From: Sphyrna mokarran
Taxonomy: Eukaryota
Assembly (NCBI GenBank): GCA_024679065.1
Contig: JAGIQG010000023.1
Coordinates: 41,230,001-41,294,000 of the forward strand
Direction: 5' to 3'
DNA: 64,000 bases
The position numbers and the translations under genes are program-made. Numbering within the stretch: the stretch's first letter is position 1; each line of letters starts with the position of its first letter. Below, piece by piece: positions 14,074 through 27,170 of the stretch. The notes below the pieces were generated by a model. It was not told the DNA's origin and did not search any database. It saw nothing but the letters and a program-made list of their open reading frames with translations.

Positions 14074-14699
14074 GTAAGGCAGTCGCATCTTTAAGTTATG
14101 TCCTTGATGCAGGAAGTGTTGCTTCCTATAATGGAAACATTAAGCTGCTAACCGGTGATATGTTGATGAGGGAGCGATGAAATAAGGTGGCAGGAGGTTT
14201 GTGTGGAGCATCAACAGCTGCTGGGCTGTATTATGTTTCGATGCTGTTAATTGATAGATAACTGATAATCAAAATTAAGACTGCAAAACCAGTCGTTGGC
14301 AGAAAATATTTTTTCTAAATCTTAATAGAAACTTAATGTTATGTATATGCGTGTTTATAATTATTCTAATCTGAATATGGAAAGACAGGTCACAAACTTC
14401 GTTCTTGTGATGACCGTGAAATGATATAAATATTGGAGCAAGGTGATTTCCTAACTGCTATATACTATTGTATGGATGTACTCAACCAATAGGTTTAGAA
14501 GAAAATACAGTCAGGTTAATGTGGAAGTCATCAAGCAAGATAACTTAAGAACTCAAGAAAATAATTTTCATTATTTGAAATAAATTTATGCTTCTTTTCA
14601 AAAGATGAAATACAGATTGTCATACTATACAAGATATACTGAATAAAAGTCCAACACTCCCAAGTGAGAATCACCAGTTTAAATGTCATGAGCAAGCAC

Positions 14700-15190
14700 T
14701 GGTTTCTTTTAGCAGCAGTCTATGCAAGACATCAATTATAGCCACACTTGGTGGGAAAGGTATACTTGACAAACTGCATTTGGTCTTGAAATTACAAAAA
14801 GGATATAAAGATATTGAAGTTGATGTGAAAGAGGTTACAAAGATGATATCAGATGCAAGAGTGTCCTGCTATATTTAAAGGCTAAACTTGCTAAGGCATC
14901 TTTCCTCCAGAATATTAAGGTGAGGGATGATTGAATCGTTGAAATTAAATGGCTTGATATCGTAGATGTGGAGAAAATTTTTCTGCTAGAGGTGGTGTTC
15001 GCATCTATAGGTCATAGTTACAAGATAATGACTATTAAATCCAATAGGAAATTCTGAAGAAACCTCTGGTGAAAAGAATATGGAACTTGCTGCCAAAAGG
15101 AGTAGATAAGGTGAATAACTAATATCTTTTGAGGGGAATTTAGGTGACAAATTGACAAAGAATAGAAGGTTAACCAGATTTAGGAGGTTT
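14700..15190 (+). mobile_element. Old CR1-type LINE 3' fragment
   Basis: Degenerate RT C-terminal motifs (gccacacttgg, gaggttacaaagatgat, atatggaacttgctgcc). Confidence 0.6.
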
Positions 15191-17730
15191 TGTGAAATAC
15201 CAATTGGTGTTCACTGTTGAATCTTCCCCATGACACATGTATACAGCTGTAGTATGCACCTACAATATAGCAGTCCACCTACACGTTAAATATTGTCAGG
15301 CTTATTCTGCAATGCTTTGAGGTAGAGTAAGTTTGTGTGTGTGGGATCAGTCAACCACATTGGCCTATTAAGTTAAGAAAGGAGGAGGCAACTTGCTTTA
15401 CAATAAGTTGTTTCATTCTCATGACTCTTTTATTGGAGTATAAAACATGCTATAAATATGCTGTAATGACTCAGTATGCTTTCATTGAAGAAATACTTGC
15501 ATTTATCTAGTGCCTTTTGTGGTTTTAGGACACCTGAGAGAATGCTTTACAGCCAGTGAAGTACTTTGAAGTGTTCACTGTCACAATACATATAGTGGGA
15601 GATGTATTAAATTAGAACATTTTTAAGAGATGGCACTGTCTTGAACCCCCTGAATAGCCATCAGATTTTTTATTTTTGAAATGAGGTTATGTCAGAATAT
15701 TGATAGTGGCACTTTTACAGAGCAAAAGTTACTCTGGCAATCTTCTTATTGGCCTTGTATGCAGTGGTACTTGGGACGTTTTGACAAGTGGAGAGAGAAT
15801 TCTTCATCTCTTAGTAAGGATCACTGAAGAGGTGAGGGTAATTGGGGATGGGCAATAAATGCTGGCCTAACCATGGAAGTCGATATTTCTTGGATGAATA
15901 AAGAAAATATTTCAGATGGAAACATTGTTGAATCAGATGCCCTACCTTAAGATTAATTCAAGCAACATTCACTATAGTGATAACATTTACAAACCCCAAA
16001 GAGGGGATTTGCTCTTCTCCAGCATCTGCTTGAGGTCAGTTTGAAACCTAGTTGTGTTTAGGTTCATATAGTTATTTAGGTCTTTCATTGCCAGTTTGGC
16101 ATTTAGATCACTAGATGAACTTTATGCATGCATTTGGAAAAACATTAATTGATCATATTTTGGATCTTAGTTCTTAAATTCTTGCACTCCAGTTAATAGT
16201 CTTTAAATGCAAGTTTTTTTTCTTGTATGGAAAACTACTTTTGTTTTAGTTTTCATTTGTAACAACGTTGAATTGCAAGGCCACATTAGGATTAGATGTA
16301 ATTAGTAATTTTGGCAGGCTTTGTGATGCCTATAGAGTTATAAAAAGGCAATGTCCAGTTTTATTTGAATATACACGTTACTTTATTGTTTTATCCACTG
16401 CCACATAATTCAGAACTAGACCTCGTTATATGAATGTTCTTAGAAACTTAAAATCCATATTTTGAGCACCAATATGTGCTAATTACCAATGGCGCAAGAA
16501 GCTAAAACAAACTGTTGAATTCATACTAGGTGAATAATTGAATACTTAGAATGCGACACAGAAAGGAGCTCCTAAGGAGCAAGTTAAATGTCGTTCTAAC
16601 TGTTCAACTGCTGTGCTTGGATATTTCTCTGTTTCCAATTCATAATGTGGGTAAAAAAAAACAATTTCAAGTAATCCTTAGACATTTCCAGTGTATACTT
16701 AACTGGAGCAGGTAACACCATTGGCAGATTTACAAAGAGTGTACTCATTAGTATGTACAATAGCTTTTGCCTGCATGTGGATGATGTGGAAAGAAGATGT
16801 CATGTTATTGACATACATAGTGACCATTTTCAATCAGTGACTCATCCGTGCCATCAGAGGTAGAGTAGGAGTTAGAAAGGCTTGGGAGAGGCCATTTTGC
16901 GATTAGCTAATTTGACTGTCTTGTGACTAACACTAACTTTTCTTTCACATTAATTCAGTATAGATTACAATTACCAAATTATTTCTCAGCATTCTAAACA
17001 TTAGTCAATGATGTTGTGGGCAATATATGATGCAGCTGTCAGATTAGCTGAAGAAAATTAGTTGCCATGTTCTCATCCCCTTTCACCACCAACCCCTGCT
17101 TCTCTTCAATGTGATGTTATTATATAGTTCTCTTATTATTTTGTATTTTGCTGTGCAGCAACATGTGATTTGATCTAAAATTGTTTTTGCAACTGTTGTG
17201 AAATTAAAATTTAAGGATACTGTATTCTGTAGTAGTCAGATGCACTTTTTGGAGACTGTTGCAACGGGTTATTTTAATGACTTTCTAACCAATATTTTGG
17301 ATCATGTCTGTGATTTAACTGGCCTGAGTTGTTTTTATAGTGTTGGAAGTGCATCATGCAAATGCACAATTCATAATACTGCACCAGTTAAGCTTGTAAG
17401 ATTCTCCATTTGTCTAACAGCCTATCCATTCTTTTTTTAAATTTCACAAATGTTTATAATTACAAGTCAACACCATTGATCTTAACCTGATGCAATGCTG
17501 CTATCAGCCAATTTAAAATGATACTGGTTACAGGTCTGTAATTGTCTGTTGTTAACCAACTGAGACAATTCTGCTTAATGTCCATATTGGGGAATTTCCA
17601 TGCTGTGGTAAAAGCAGCAATAGATGAGGTTTTTACCTGCCTCTGAATTTATTTGAACAAGCGCAAGCTGTTTATTTTTCATCGAGAGGTTTCTTTATTA
17701 AATGCTCTATGTGATGTATCCAACATCAAA

Positions 17731-18650
17731 ATTTTTATAAATGACCTAGATGAGGGTGTAGAGGGTTGGATTAGTAAATTTGCTGACGATACCAAAGTGG
17801 GGGGAGTTGTAGATAGCGAAGATGGATGTTACAGTTTGCAGAGGGACATAGGTTGCAGAGCTGGGCCGTGAGGTAGCAAATGGAATTCAATACGGATAAG
17901 TGTGAGGTGATTCACTTTGGTAGGAATAACAGGCATATGAAATATAGGGCTAATGGAAGGACCCTTAATAGTGTTGTCGAGCAGAGGGATCTTGGGTACA
18001 AGTACATAGCTCTTTGAAAGTTGGCACCCAGGTTGATAAAGTTGTTAAGAAGGCGTATGGTGTGTTAGCTTTTATTGGTAGAGGGATTGAATTTAGGGCC
18101 GTGAGGTTATGTTACAACTGTACAAAACTCTGGTGCGGCCGCACTTGGAGTATTGCGTACAGTTCTGGTCGCCGCATTATAAGAAAGATGTGGAAGCATT
18201 GGAAAGGGTGCAGAGGAGGTTACCAGGATGTTGCCTGGTATGGTGGGAAGGCCTTATGAGGAAAGGCTGAGGGACCTGAGGTTATTTTCATTAGAAAGAA
18301 GGTTATGCGGTGACCTAATTGAGGCGTATAAGATGATCAAGGATTGGATAGGGTGGATAGTGAGAGCCTTTTTCCTCGGATGGTGATGACCAACACGAGG
18401 GGACATAACTTTAAATTAAGAGGTGGTAGTTATAGGACGGATGTCAGAGGCAGGTTCTTTACACAGAGGGTGGTGAGGGTGTGGAATGCCCTGCCTGCAG
18501 CAGTTGTGGACTGGCCTACTTTGGGGGCATTCAAATGTTCGGTGGATAGGCATATGGATGATATTGGAATAGTTTAGGTTAGAGGGTCCACTGGCCAGCG
18601 CAACATCGAGGGCCGAAGGGCCTGTACTGCGCTGTTATGTTCTATGTTCT
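17731..18650 (+). mobile_element. Young 5'-truncated CR1/HER1-type LINE with short 3' UTR
   Basis: [24 protein letters not shown] motif through FFTQRVVRVWNALP with a few frameshifts; CpG-rich; gggccgaagggcctgt and (ttctatg)n tail. Confidence 0.93.
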
Positions 18651-19242
18651 AACATTTTCAGAAGTGATGCTGGTTAGAATAATTCTTTGGTAATGCCCAG
18701 TGACAAAGATAGATGATATGTTTTCATCAGATCATAATTTTTTGCAAGGAAGCATTTTCCCTTTGTCTCGTGAACCTCTCCCTCATTAGTCCTGGATCAA
18801 CATGTTTGACCCATAGACTGTGATGGCTCCCTTCTACAAAAGGCAATTAGCTTATTTGACTTCTGGTTTCCACCTAAAAAAGCATTCATTTCCTTTGATT
18901 TTGTAATTCTGCTGGCTAGTCATGGTTGAGTGTTGGATGCTCAAGTTTTGCACTAACTTCCTTTGTTAATATACTTAATGATCAGTGTCTATTTTCAGTT
19001 TCTTTGCGGACTTGCGCGCGTTAAAAATGCTTTATAAGTAACTATCAGTAGTAGCACTGGTAAGTTGTGACAATCAATCCAGTGTGATTGATTGCAAGGC
19101 AAATCTTGTTGAACTTTAAGGAAAAATTGCTGGAAAATCAATACTTGTGGCAAGAATCTATTACCATTTTGGGTCTATGACCTTGCATTTTTTTTTGATG
19201 CTGGTGGAAGATGGAAGGGGGCAGGAATAACTAGTTTTTTCA

Positions 19243-19531
19243 ATAGAATCTTACAGAAGGAGGCCATTTAGCCCATCGAATCTTCACGGCTTTATTCTTG
19301 AAACCGCAAATATTTATCCTGCTAATCCCCCTAACATGAAAGGGCAATTTAGTGTGGCCAGTCGACTTCCACATCTTTGAACTGTGGAGGGAACCGGAGC
19401 ACCACACAGATATGGGGAAAGTATGCAAACTCCATAAGGTTAACCCAAGGCAGGAATTGAACCTGAGTCTCTGGCACTGGCACTGAGAGGCAGCAGTGCT
19501 AATCACTGTCACCGTGCCTCCCACTGTGCCA
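19243..19531 (-). mobile_element. HE1-like V-SINE
   Basis: Reverse of tRNA-like head (ggcacagtgg...agcactgctgcctc...ggttcaattcc), V-domain (ggagtttgcatactttcccc...tgctccggtt) and LINE tail. Confidence 0.85.
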
Positions 19532-20299
19532 TTTTGTGATATGGTGATGGAGATTAAATAACAGAAGACTTCATGATGCAATAACCAATAAGAGTAGGAA
19601 TAGCTATGGTAAAGAAACGGAAAGTTACCTCTAAATGCAGCATAAGTGACTATGTAAATTCTGAATGCAACGTGAAAGGATTAAAAAGAAACCAGAAAGT
19701 CCAAACCAGTAAAACAAATAGAAAAGCAAAACAGAACAATAAAAGTAAAGGCTATGATTTACAGTTGTTGAATTAATTGAATCCAGAAAGCTCACAATCT
19801 GATGTACTTTAATCTCAACATCAGGAAGCATTGTTGATCAGAATAGTAGTTGTATTTTGTAAAATGTTAGAATCTAAAATGGCAACCTTTTTCCTATTAT
19901 TTACATTTCAATTATTATCAAACAATAATCCTTTTAAGCAGCTGGAAATCCTAAGTTGTAGATCTAAAAATGAAATCCAAGCTGTGATAAATGCTTTTGT
20001 TCACGTTCCCAGAAGCAGACTTTGCATAACCTATGAATTGGAGTATACCTCTGCTCCACAATATCTGGTTAAATAATAAGTGTGATTTGAACCCCCAACA
20101 ATACAATGCTTCCTATGTACTGAGTACTATAATCTCTTCTGCTGCCATGTTATCCAGTCTTTTGGAAGGCGAACGGAAAAACAATTTGGAGAGATTAAGT
20201 GCAATAATAAACTACAAATTGGTTCTTTTACATGAAATAATTAAATAATCAGACTATAAATTTTGCAACAAGATTTGTGTATTATCTGTTGTCTTATGG

Positions 20300-21600
20300 A
20301 ATAATACAAAAGACGCAAGAGCAGAAGTTGGCAAGTTAACCCATTCTTGCCAAAGATTGCTCTGATGTGATAATCCTCAACTCCACTTTCCTGCTTTATC
20401 CCCATAACCCTTGATTCCCTGATTGATTAGAAATTTGTCTTTGTTAGCCTTGAACGTACTTAATCACGCAACCGCTACAACCCTCTGCGGTAAAGAATTT
20501 CACAGATTTACTACCCTCAGAATAAATTTCTCCTCATATCCATCTTAAATGGGTGCCTCCTTACTCTGAGATTATGCTGTCCGGTCCTAGACTGTCTCCA
20601 ATTTGTCAAGTTCCTGACTAATCCTATATGTCACAAAGTCACCTCTCATTCTTCTAAACTCAAGTGAGTGGAAGCCTAACCTACCCAAGTACTTCTCATA
20701 AAATTTGTCCATACTCCAGATCAGTCTAGTGGACCTCATCCATACTGCCTCCAAGGTCTTGGGTAGGGACCATAACTGTTCACAGGATTCCAGGTGTAAA
20801 CCAGCTAATGCTTTGAATCATTTTAGTCAGACTTCCATATTTTTGTACTCCATTCCTTTTGAAATGAGGGCCAACTTTCCACTTGCTTTCCTTACAACCC
20901 GCTGAGCTTAAATGCTAGCTTTTTGTGATTTACGCACGAGGAATCCACCAAATCATTCCGGACTGCAGCTTTCTGTAGTCTTTCTCCATTTAAATAATAT
21001 TCAGCTCCTTTATGCAGTCTGGTGGGAAGAATAACTTATTTTCTTACATTATATTCCATCTGCCAAATTTTTGCCCACTCAGCTGACCTGCTTATATCCC
21101 TCTATAAACTATCATCTTACCACTTGTCTTCTCACCTATTCCATCCCCACCTATCTGTGAACTTGGCATTGCGTTCATTTCTCTCATTCAAATCATTGAT
21201 TATATGTTGTAAATAATTACAATACTGAGCCCTGTGGCACCACTGATTGCAGGTTCCCATTCTGAAAATGCCCCTCTTATCCCAACTGTGTCTTCCGTTT
21301 GTTAGCAAATCCTCTGTTCATGCTAATATACTGCTCCCAACACCTTGGGCTCTTTAAATAGCCTTCTACATGGTAGTTCATTGAAAGCTTCTTGGAATTC
21401 AAATACACTGCATCTACTTGTTCCCCTGTACCTGCTCGTTACCACCTCAGAACTGAGAAATTTGTCAAGCATGATTTTCCCTTTGTGAAGCCACATTGAC
21501 TCTGCTTGTTTAAATGTACTACTATTATATTCTTTATAATGGACTCTAGCCTTTTCCCCAATGTCTGATGTTAAACTAACTGGCTTACAGTACCTTTTTT
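20300..21600 (-). mobile_element. CR1-type LINE fragment
   Basis: Reverse RT sequence, degenerate, starting from a gagcagaagt tail. Confidence 0.8.
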
Positions 21601-22442
21601 TTCTTTAACTATAATTGCTACCTTGTTATGTTTGTGAACATTGTCCCTATTCCTATCATTACCTAAATAGCTGACTTATAAAGCTTCCACATGCTTTTGT
21701 GTGTCTTTTTAAAATAACATCATGGAAAGATATGCAATATTCTTTTAAATTCAATTGGAAACAGTCATTGAACTGACCGGCAGTAACCTATCTTACATTC
21801 AAAGTCATGAGCTACATGTGAATTAATAAGAAACTTGTATAATTTTGAATTGGGATAATAGCAAACTACACATTGTCTATGGAATGTGCTGGGTGATTAC
21901 CGTTTTTAGAATGGACCCAAATGAAAAATTATTGGTTTCACCTGGTACGCCAGTTAATGGTCTTAATCCAGAAAGCTTGTTTCTATGGAACTTGGTTCTG
22001 TGACTGTCATGTCATTGTAATAATATAACACATTAAACCATAATCCTCTCCAAGTCAAATGGGTAAAAATTTCCATGTTACAGCTATTCATTTTTACCCC
22101 ATTTAATATTGGGTGTCCATTACAGGATGATATTATTAAATGCTGAAACCATACAAGCTAAATGAGTGCAAAAAAGACCTGGTACAATATCAAGAAGAGG
22201 CCAGATAATTGAATAAACCGAATTGATTGCCTTCCTCCATCACCCCAAAGAAAACTTCAACCACAATTCAAATGTTTGAAGCTACCAAATAGCACTTTTT
22301 TAAAGTAGATTTGCTTTGATTTTGTTTTAAGTGGATAAGCTTTGATTTGCACAAGTTGATAGCAGACATTTATAAGGAAGGTTGGTTAAACTGAGCATCG
22401 CAAATACTGAAGTGCAAAATTGTTCAATATTTTGTTTTTCAG

Positions 22443-22560
22443 ATTACCTTTCAGTTGCGACATATTCTCAGGGCGCGTTGTGACCCTGTACCAGCTGCTA
22501 ATGGTGGGATGCGCTTTCACTGTGATCCCACTTTCTGGGCAAAAAATGTTGTGAATTTAG
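22443..22560 (+). CDS. TRIM33: TRIM33 coding exon, post-coiled-coil conserved TIF1 segment
   Basis: tttcag / gtaagg; 118 nt; [39 protein letters not shown]. Confidence 0.96.
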
Positions 22561-23062
22561 GTAAGGCGTCAACAAAATAAAATATTTGTTAAATGTAATG
22601 TTATCCCTGAATCACTAATGACTGTTCTGTACTTTTCACAATACTCTTTTACCTGCAGATTTTCATCTCCCCCACTCACCCTCAATGCACACATTTTGTT
22701 CATTTTAGTCTTTGTCAACATAAGCGATAATTAAACCTCCAATGATCAAAACTATAAACTTTCTAATGGCACCTGTTTATTTGAAATGCTTAATTCATTG
22801 CAATATCTTGTGGTTTGTAATAAGCCAATCACTCCACTTTGTTTTGATGTAGCATGGATTTAAACTGGCCACTCCACAATTTTAAATCAATATTGTTTAC
22901 CATTATAGTCTTGTATTATAATTGTCTTGCATGTTGTCAAAGCCACAGTTCCTTCTGGAATCAACAGCAATAACTATTACATTGACACTTTTTTAATGAT
23001 TTACATGACCAGCTGCAAATAAAAAATTAACACAGAGGCTTGATTTTTATTTTCTAAAATAG

Positions 23063-23310
23063 GTAACCTTGTGATTGAAAACAAGCCGAACCCTCCAGGT
23101 TATACTCCCAATGTAGTTATTGGGCATGGCTCCCAAGGCCAGGGACCATCTGGGGGGAAACCTCAGGGTCAGATTAATCTTGCACAGCTGCGTCTTCAGC
23201 ACATGCAACAGCAGTTTGCACAGAAGCAGCAGCAGATGCAACAGATGCGGATGAGTCACCCAGTAGGACAGCACCCCAGGACTACAGGGCCACAGATGGT
23301 CCAGCAACAG
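23063..23310 (+). CDS. TRIM33: TRIM33 coding exon, Q-rich linker
   Basis: aaatag / gtacac; 248 nt, phase 1/0; GNLVIENKPNPPGYTPNVVIG...GQINLAQLRLQHMQQQ...PQMVQQQ. Confidence 0.94.
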
Positions 23311-23499
23311 GTACACTGTATGTCATATTACTGAAATGAAGTCCATCCTTTCCTCTTGATAGGAGAGAGATAAGCTGCTTATGAATGTGTAAAGAGTGTA
23401 GGGAGGGTTTTAACTAAATACTTAGCAAAGGGTGTGAGGGAAGATGGGATAAATTAGAGGAAAAGGATAAGGCAACAGAAAGGTAGCAATAAGGATAAT

Positions 23500-24696
23500 G
23501 ACAATGAGACATGGCAAGAAAAGACAAAGCATGCAAACTTAACAATGTGACAGTAACTAAAGCTAGAGTTGGCAAAAGTAGAGATATGACAGAACTAAAG
23601 GCTCTGTACGTGACTGCATATAGCATTCATAACACATAGCTGAATTGTTAGCTCAAATAGAAACAATGGGTGGGATTAATTGGCCGCCAGCTCACCAAAC
23701 TGGAAAATGCCACCTGAGTTCAACGGGCCTTTGTGTGGTGGCCGCCCCTGTCTGCCCGTGCGGTGAGCAGGACAGAAAAATTCTCCATAGTATGTTTGAC
23801 TGGGTGGCCATTACAGAAGCGTGACTACTAGGTGGCACTGCTGGTACCTGAATATTAAATATTTGAGAAAATGTGATACTTTGGAAGGAGAGGAGCCTAA
23901 GAGAGAGCGATGGTATTGCTCTGTTAATTAAAGATAACATTAGCACAATAGAGCTGATGACATTATTTCTGAAGATCAGTTGTAGAAATAAAAAATGGCA
24001 AAGGGGAGAAAGTCGATTTTGGGATAATTTATAGACGTCCTACAGTGCAGTAGGGCAGGATATGCAGAAATAAATAATGGGTGTTTATGAGAAAGATGCA
24101 TCGATAATCATAAGTGATTTTAACTTCATATAGATTGGGTGACTCAGATTAGCAAGGGTAGCCTGGAAAGTGTTTGTAGAACATTTTCAGGACAATTTTT
24201 TTATAACTGCACATTCTAGAGCCAGCCAGAGGAGATTATTTTAGACATGGCAGTTGCAATTACGCAGCATTGATTAATAATCTCATTGTATTGGAACCTC
24301 TAGGTAGCAGAGATCGTAACGTGATTGCATATTGTATTCAGTTTGAGGAAGAGCAGACTGTGCTTCATCTAGCTTTGTCAACTTGTATAAAGGCAGTCAG
24401 AAGCGTTTGAAGGCATTTGGCTAAATGAACTGGGAGAATAGGTTAAGGGGTGTGTCAGTCAAAATGTAGTGGCAAACGTTTAGGGAGATGTGTTCAGCAA
24501 TGATGCATTCTAGTGAGAAAGCAAGACTATCTGAAATAGATACACCATCTGTAGCTAACTAAGGAAGTTAAAGATGATATTAAATTGAAAGATAAAGTGC
24601 ACAATTCTATAAAGATTAGTGGTCGGTCAGAAAATTGGTCAGAATTTAAGAACCAGCAAAGAATAACCAAAAAGAGGAGAAATTAGAATATGAAAG
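23500..24696 (+). mobile_element. Old CR1-type LINE, endonuclease-region fragment; resumes at about 25655-25880
   Basis: ataatcataagtgattttaacttcatatagattgg (GDFN-like motif); sequence continues after the nested younger LINE. Confidence 0.7.
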
Positions 24697-25654
24697 CAGT
24701 TGTATAGAACGTTGGTTAGGCCTCACTTGGAATACTGCGTCCAGTTCTGGCCACCGTACTATCGGAAGGATGTGGAGTCCTTGGAGAGAGTGCAGAGGAG
24801 GTTTACCAGGATGCTGCCTGGTATGGAAGGACTGTCTTATGAGGAACGATTAAATAGACTGGGGTTGTTTTCCCTTGAAAGACGTCGGCTTAGAGGGGAT
24901 CTCATAGAGGTGTATAAGATTATAAGGGGTATAGATAGAGTAAATGGAGGTAAACTTTTTCCACCTTCAGAAATGGATAGGACGAGGGGTCATGGCCTTA
25001 GGGTGAGGGGGGCTATGTATAAGACGAATATTAGAGGGCAGTTTTTCACACAAAGGGTAGTGGGGGTGTGGAATGCACTGCCGAGTAAGGTGGTGGGAGC
25101 AGGCACGCTGGGGCTGTTTAAGGGTCTCTTGGACAGCCACATGAGCGGTATGCAGATAGAGGGATATATTAGGACTGTTTAACTACGGCTTTTTTCCACA
25201 GGTAATTCGGTCCATACTTGACCAACATTGAGCATGCATTCGGCAGGTGGTGCGGGTACAGCTCTTGGATGTTGATTCATGGGTTGCCTGGTACCTCATG
25301 TCGTAAATGAGTGCTTTATGTGGACCATCTGAAGGGCACCATGACAGCTCAGAGACTATCAATGTGGCTGTGCAGACACTTGGAATTGGGCCGGTGTCTG
25401 CGGGAGTTTGCGCGTTCTCCCCGTGGTTGCGTGGATTTTCTCCGGGCGCTCCGGTTTCCTCCCACAACCCAAAAATTCGCTCTTAGGCTGATTTGGGAAA
25501 CAAATTGTCCCTATAGTGAGAGTCTTCCGTATTAGGAATAACCTAAATCTATAATAGGATAATGGAATTGCTACCATATAGTTATGACGGCGGCGCGGGC
25601 TTGTTGGGCCGAAGGGCCTGTTTCCCGTGCTGTGTTGCTCTTTAAAAAAAAAAA
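24697..25654 (+). mobile_element. Young 5'-truncated CR1-type LINE with V-domain-bearing 3' UTR (copy B), nested in an older CR1
   Basis: Uninterrupted 160-aa RT C-terminus ([16 protein letters not shown]...IEGYIRTV*), about 460-nt 3' UTR with V-domain near 25390-25490, A-tail, gaaag repeated at 24692-24696 and 25655-25659. Confidence 0.9.
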
Positions 25655-26390
25655 GAAAGATAGCTGGAAATATTAAATAGATGGGTAAGTGTTTTGACAA
25701 TTTTAAAGAATACACAGTGACCGTGAGTCCAAGCAAGACAGCATCTGGAATGAAGAATGGAAAGAAAGAAAATGGCAGATAGACAGGAAAGTGGAATTGA
25801 TGTCGCATTTGGATTAATTCTGATCTTATCAAATTGCAAACCCAGCTCAAGGGACTGAGTGGTCTACTTCTGTTTGGTTCATGTGCGTAACAAACAATAA
25901 TGATTATCCTTAGCTGCTTAACTTATAAAATGGTCATTTTCCCGAGCTCAAATAATCTGGTTGCTGCACCCTTTGAATAAGTAAATTAATTTTGGGATTG
26001 AGTGAGAAAAGACCATCTGAGCATTCGAACTTTTGGAAGTCTAGATGATTGACCAAAATTATATAAAATTTTTAAATACAATGATTTAGTATTTTTGAAA
26101 CCATATTGCCTCCCATCGAAAGAATTCACTGTGTGGTTATGGCACACAGCCAAATTTGAGAGGCCTTGGGTTCCATGTAGCTGGAAAGCAGATCATTGTA
26201 TTTTAAGTATGGCATAGTTTCTTTGCTTTTCCACCTCCATGCCAATTAGCCAACATCATTAATGCTGGCATTTACTTCTCACCCAAGTCAAAGATGTTTA
26301 TACCTATACTAAATCTAAATGAGAAATTTCTGAAGCTTATTGCAGTGCTGTTTTAAACCCAGCACAAGCTGATTTATATTATCTTTTTAG

Positions 26391-26570
26391 CCTCCACGTT
26401 TGATTAGCATGCAAGCCATGCCTAGAGGAAATTTGAATGGAGCTGCACTTCAGGCCCACCAGGCTCATCAAGCCCATCAGATGAGAATGGCACAAAATGC
26501 TGCTCGCATGGCTGGAATGTCTCGACACAATGGACATCAGTATCCAATGATGCCTCAGATACCACGACAG
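26391..26570 (+). CDS. TRIM33: TRIM33 coding exon, linker
   Basis: ttttag / gtaaca; 180 nt; PPRLISMQAMPRGNLNGAALQAHQAHQAHQMRMAQNAAR...IPRQ. Confidence 0.94.
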
Positions 26571-26824
26571 GTAACATGGTCTCCCTCAAAGATTCGCAAT
26601 TTCCTGGTAATAAAGATCACCATGGATATATTCCTTTTATTTTTTCTCCCCCAAATGAATGGTCGTAAAATAGATTAAAATTACTAATGTAGCCGTTCTG
26701 TTAGTGAACACTTGAAGTTTGTTTGGTTTTTTTGCTGACTTTTAGATCATTTCCAGGTTGGTCATTATGCAAGGATGGAAACTAAAGATCTGTTTTTCCA
26801 TTTGCTAGGTGTTTAGGTGGCAAT

Positions 26825-27170
26825 TTTTGCTCAGTGGTAGCACTATTGCTGTAATCAAGTTTATGGATTCTGAAACCATCACCGAAATTTGAGCACATAC
26901 CCTAGGATTGTATGGTATAAAGGGTATTGCTGCAAGATTGGAGGTGGACATGATACCTTTAGACTCTTCTTGCCCATTCAGGTGCACATGTGAAAATCCC
27001 AAGGCAATATTTGAAAAGAGTTCCCCCAGTGTCCTGACTGACATTTATCCTTAAACAAAACCCAACATAGAGAAACTTGATTAGTTGCACCATAGTTATT
27101 TGTGACAACTTGCAATGTGCATATTGAGTGTAGTGTTTCCTACATTACAGCAGTGACTACTTACTTGCCA
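26825..27170 (+). mobile_element. DeuSINE-like element
   Basis: gctcagtggtagcact head; gagttcccccagtgtcctg; tttcctacattacagcagtgactac. Confidence 0.65.

Noticed and set aside
14405-14645. Possible intronic C/D snoRNA (gtgatga box C)
   Set aside because: No box D at a suitable distance and no terminal stem
25183-25486. Possible extra ORF in the LINE 3' UTR (minus 94 aa MWEETGAPG..., or plus 59 aa from ATG 25307)
   Set aside because: A hand alignment with copy A gave mismatches spread about evenly over codon positions in the unique segment, with stops and frameshifts in A; many apparent synonymous changes are CpG decay, and MWEETGAPG is simply the reverse translation of the V-domain
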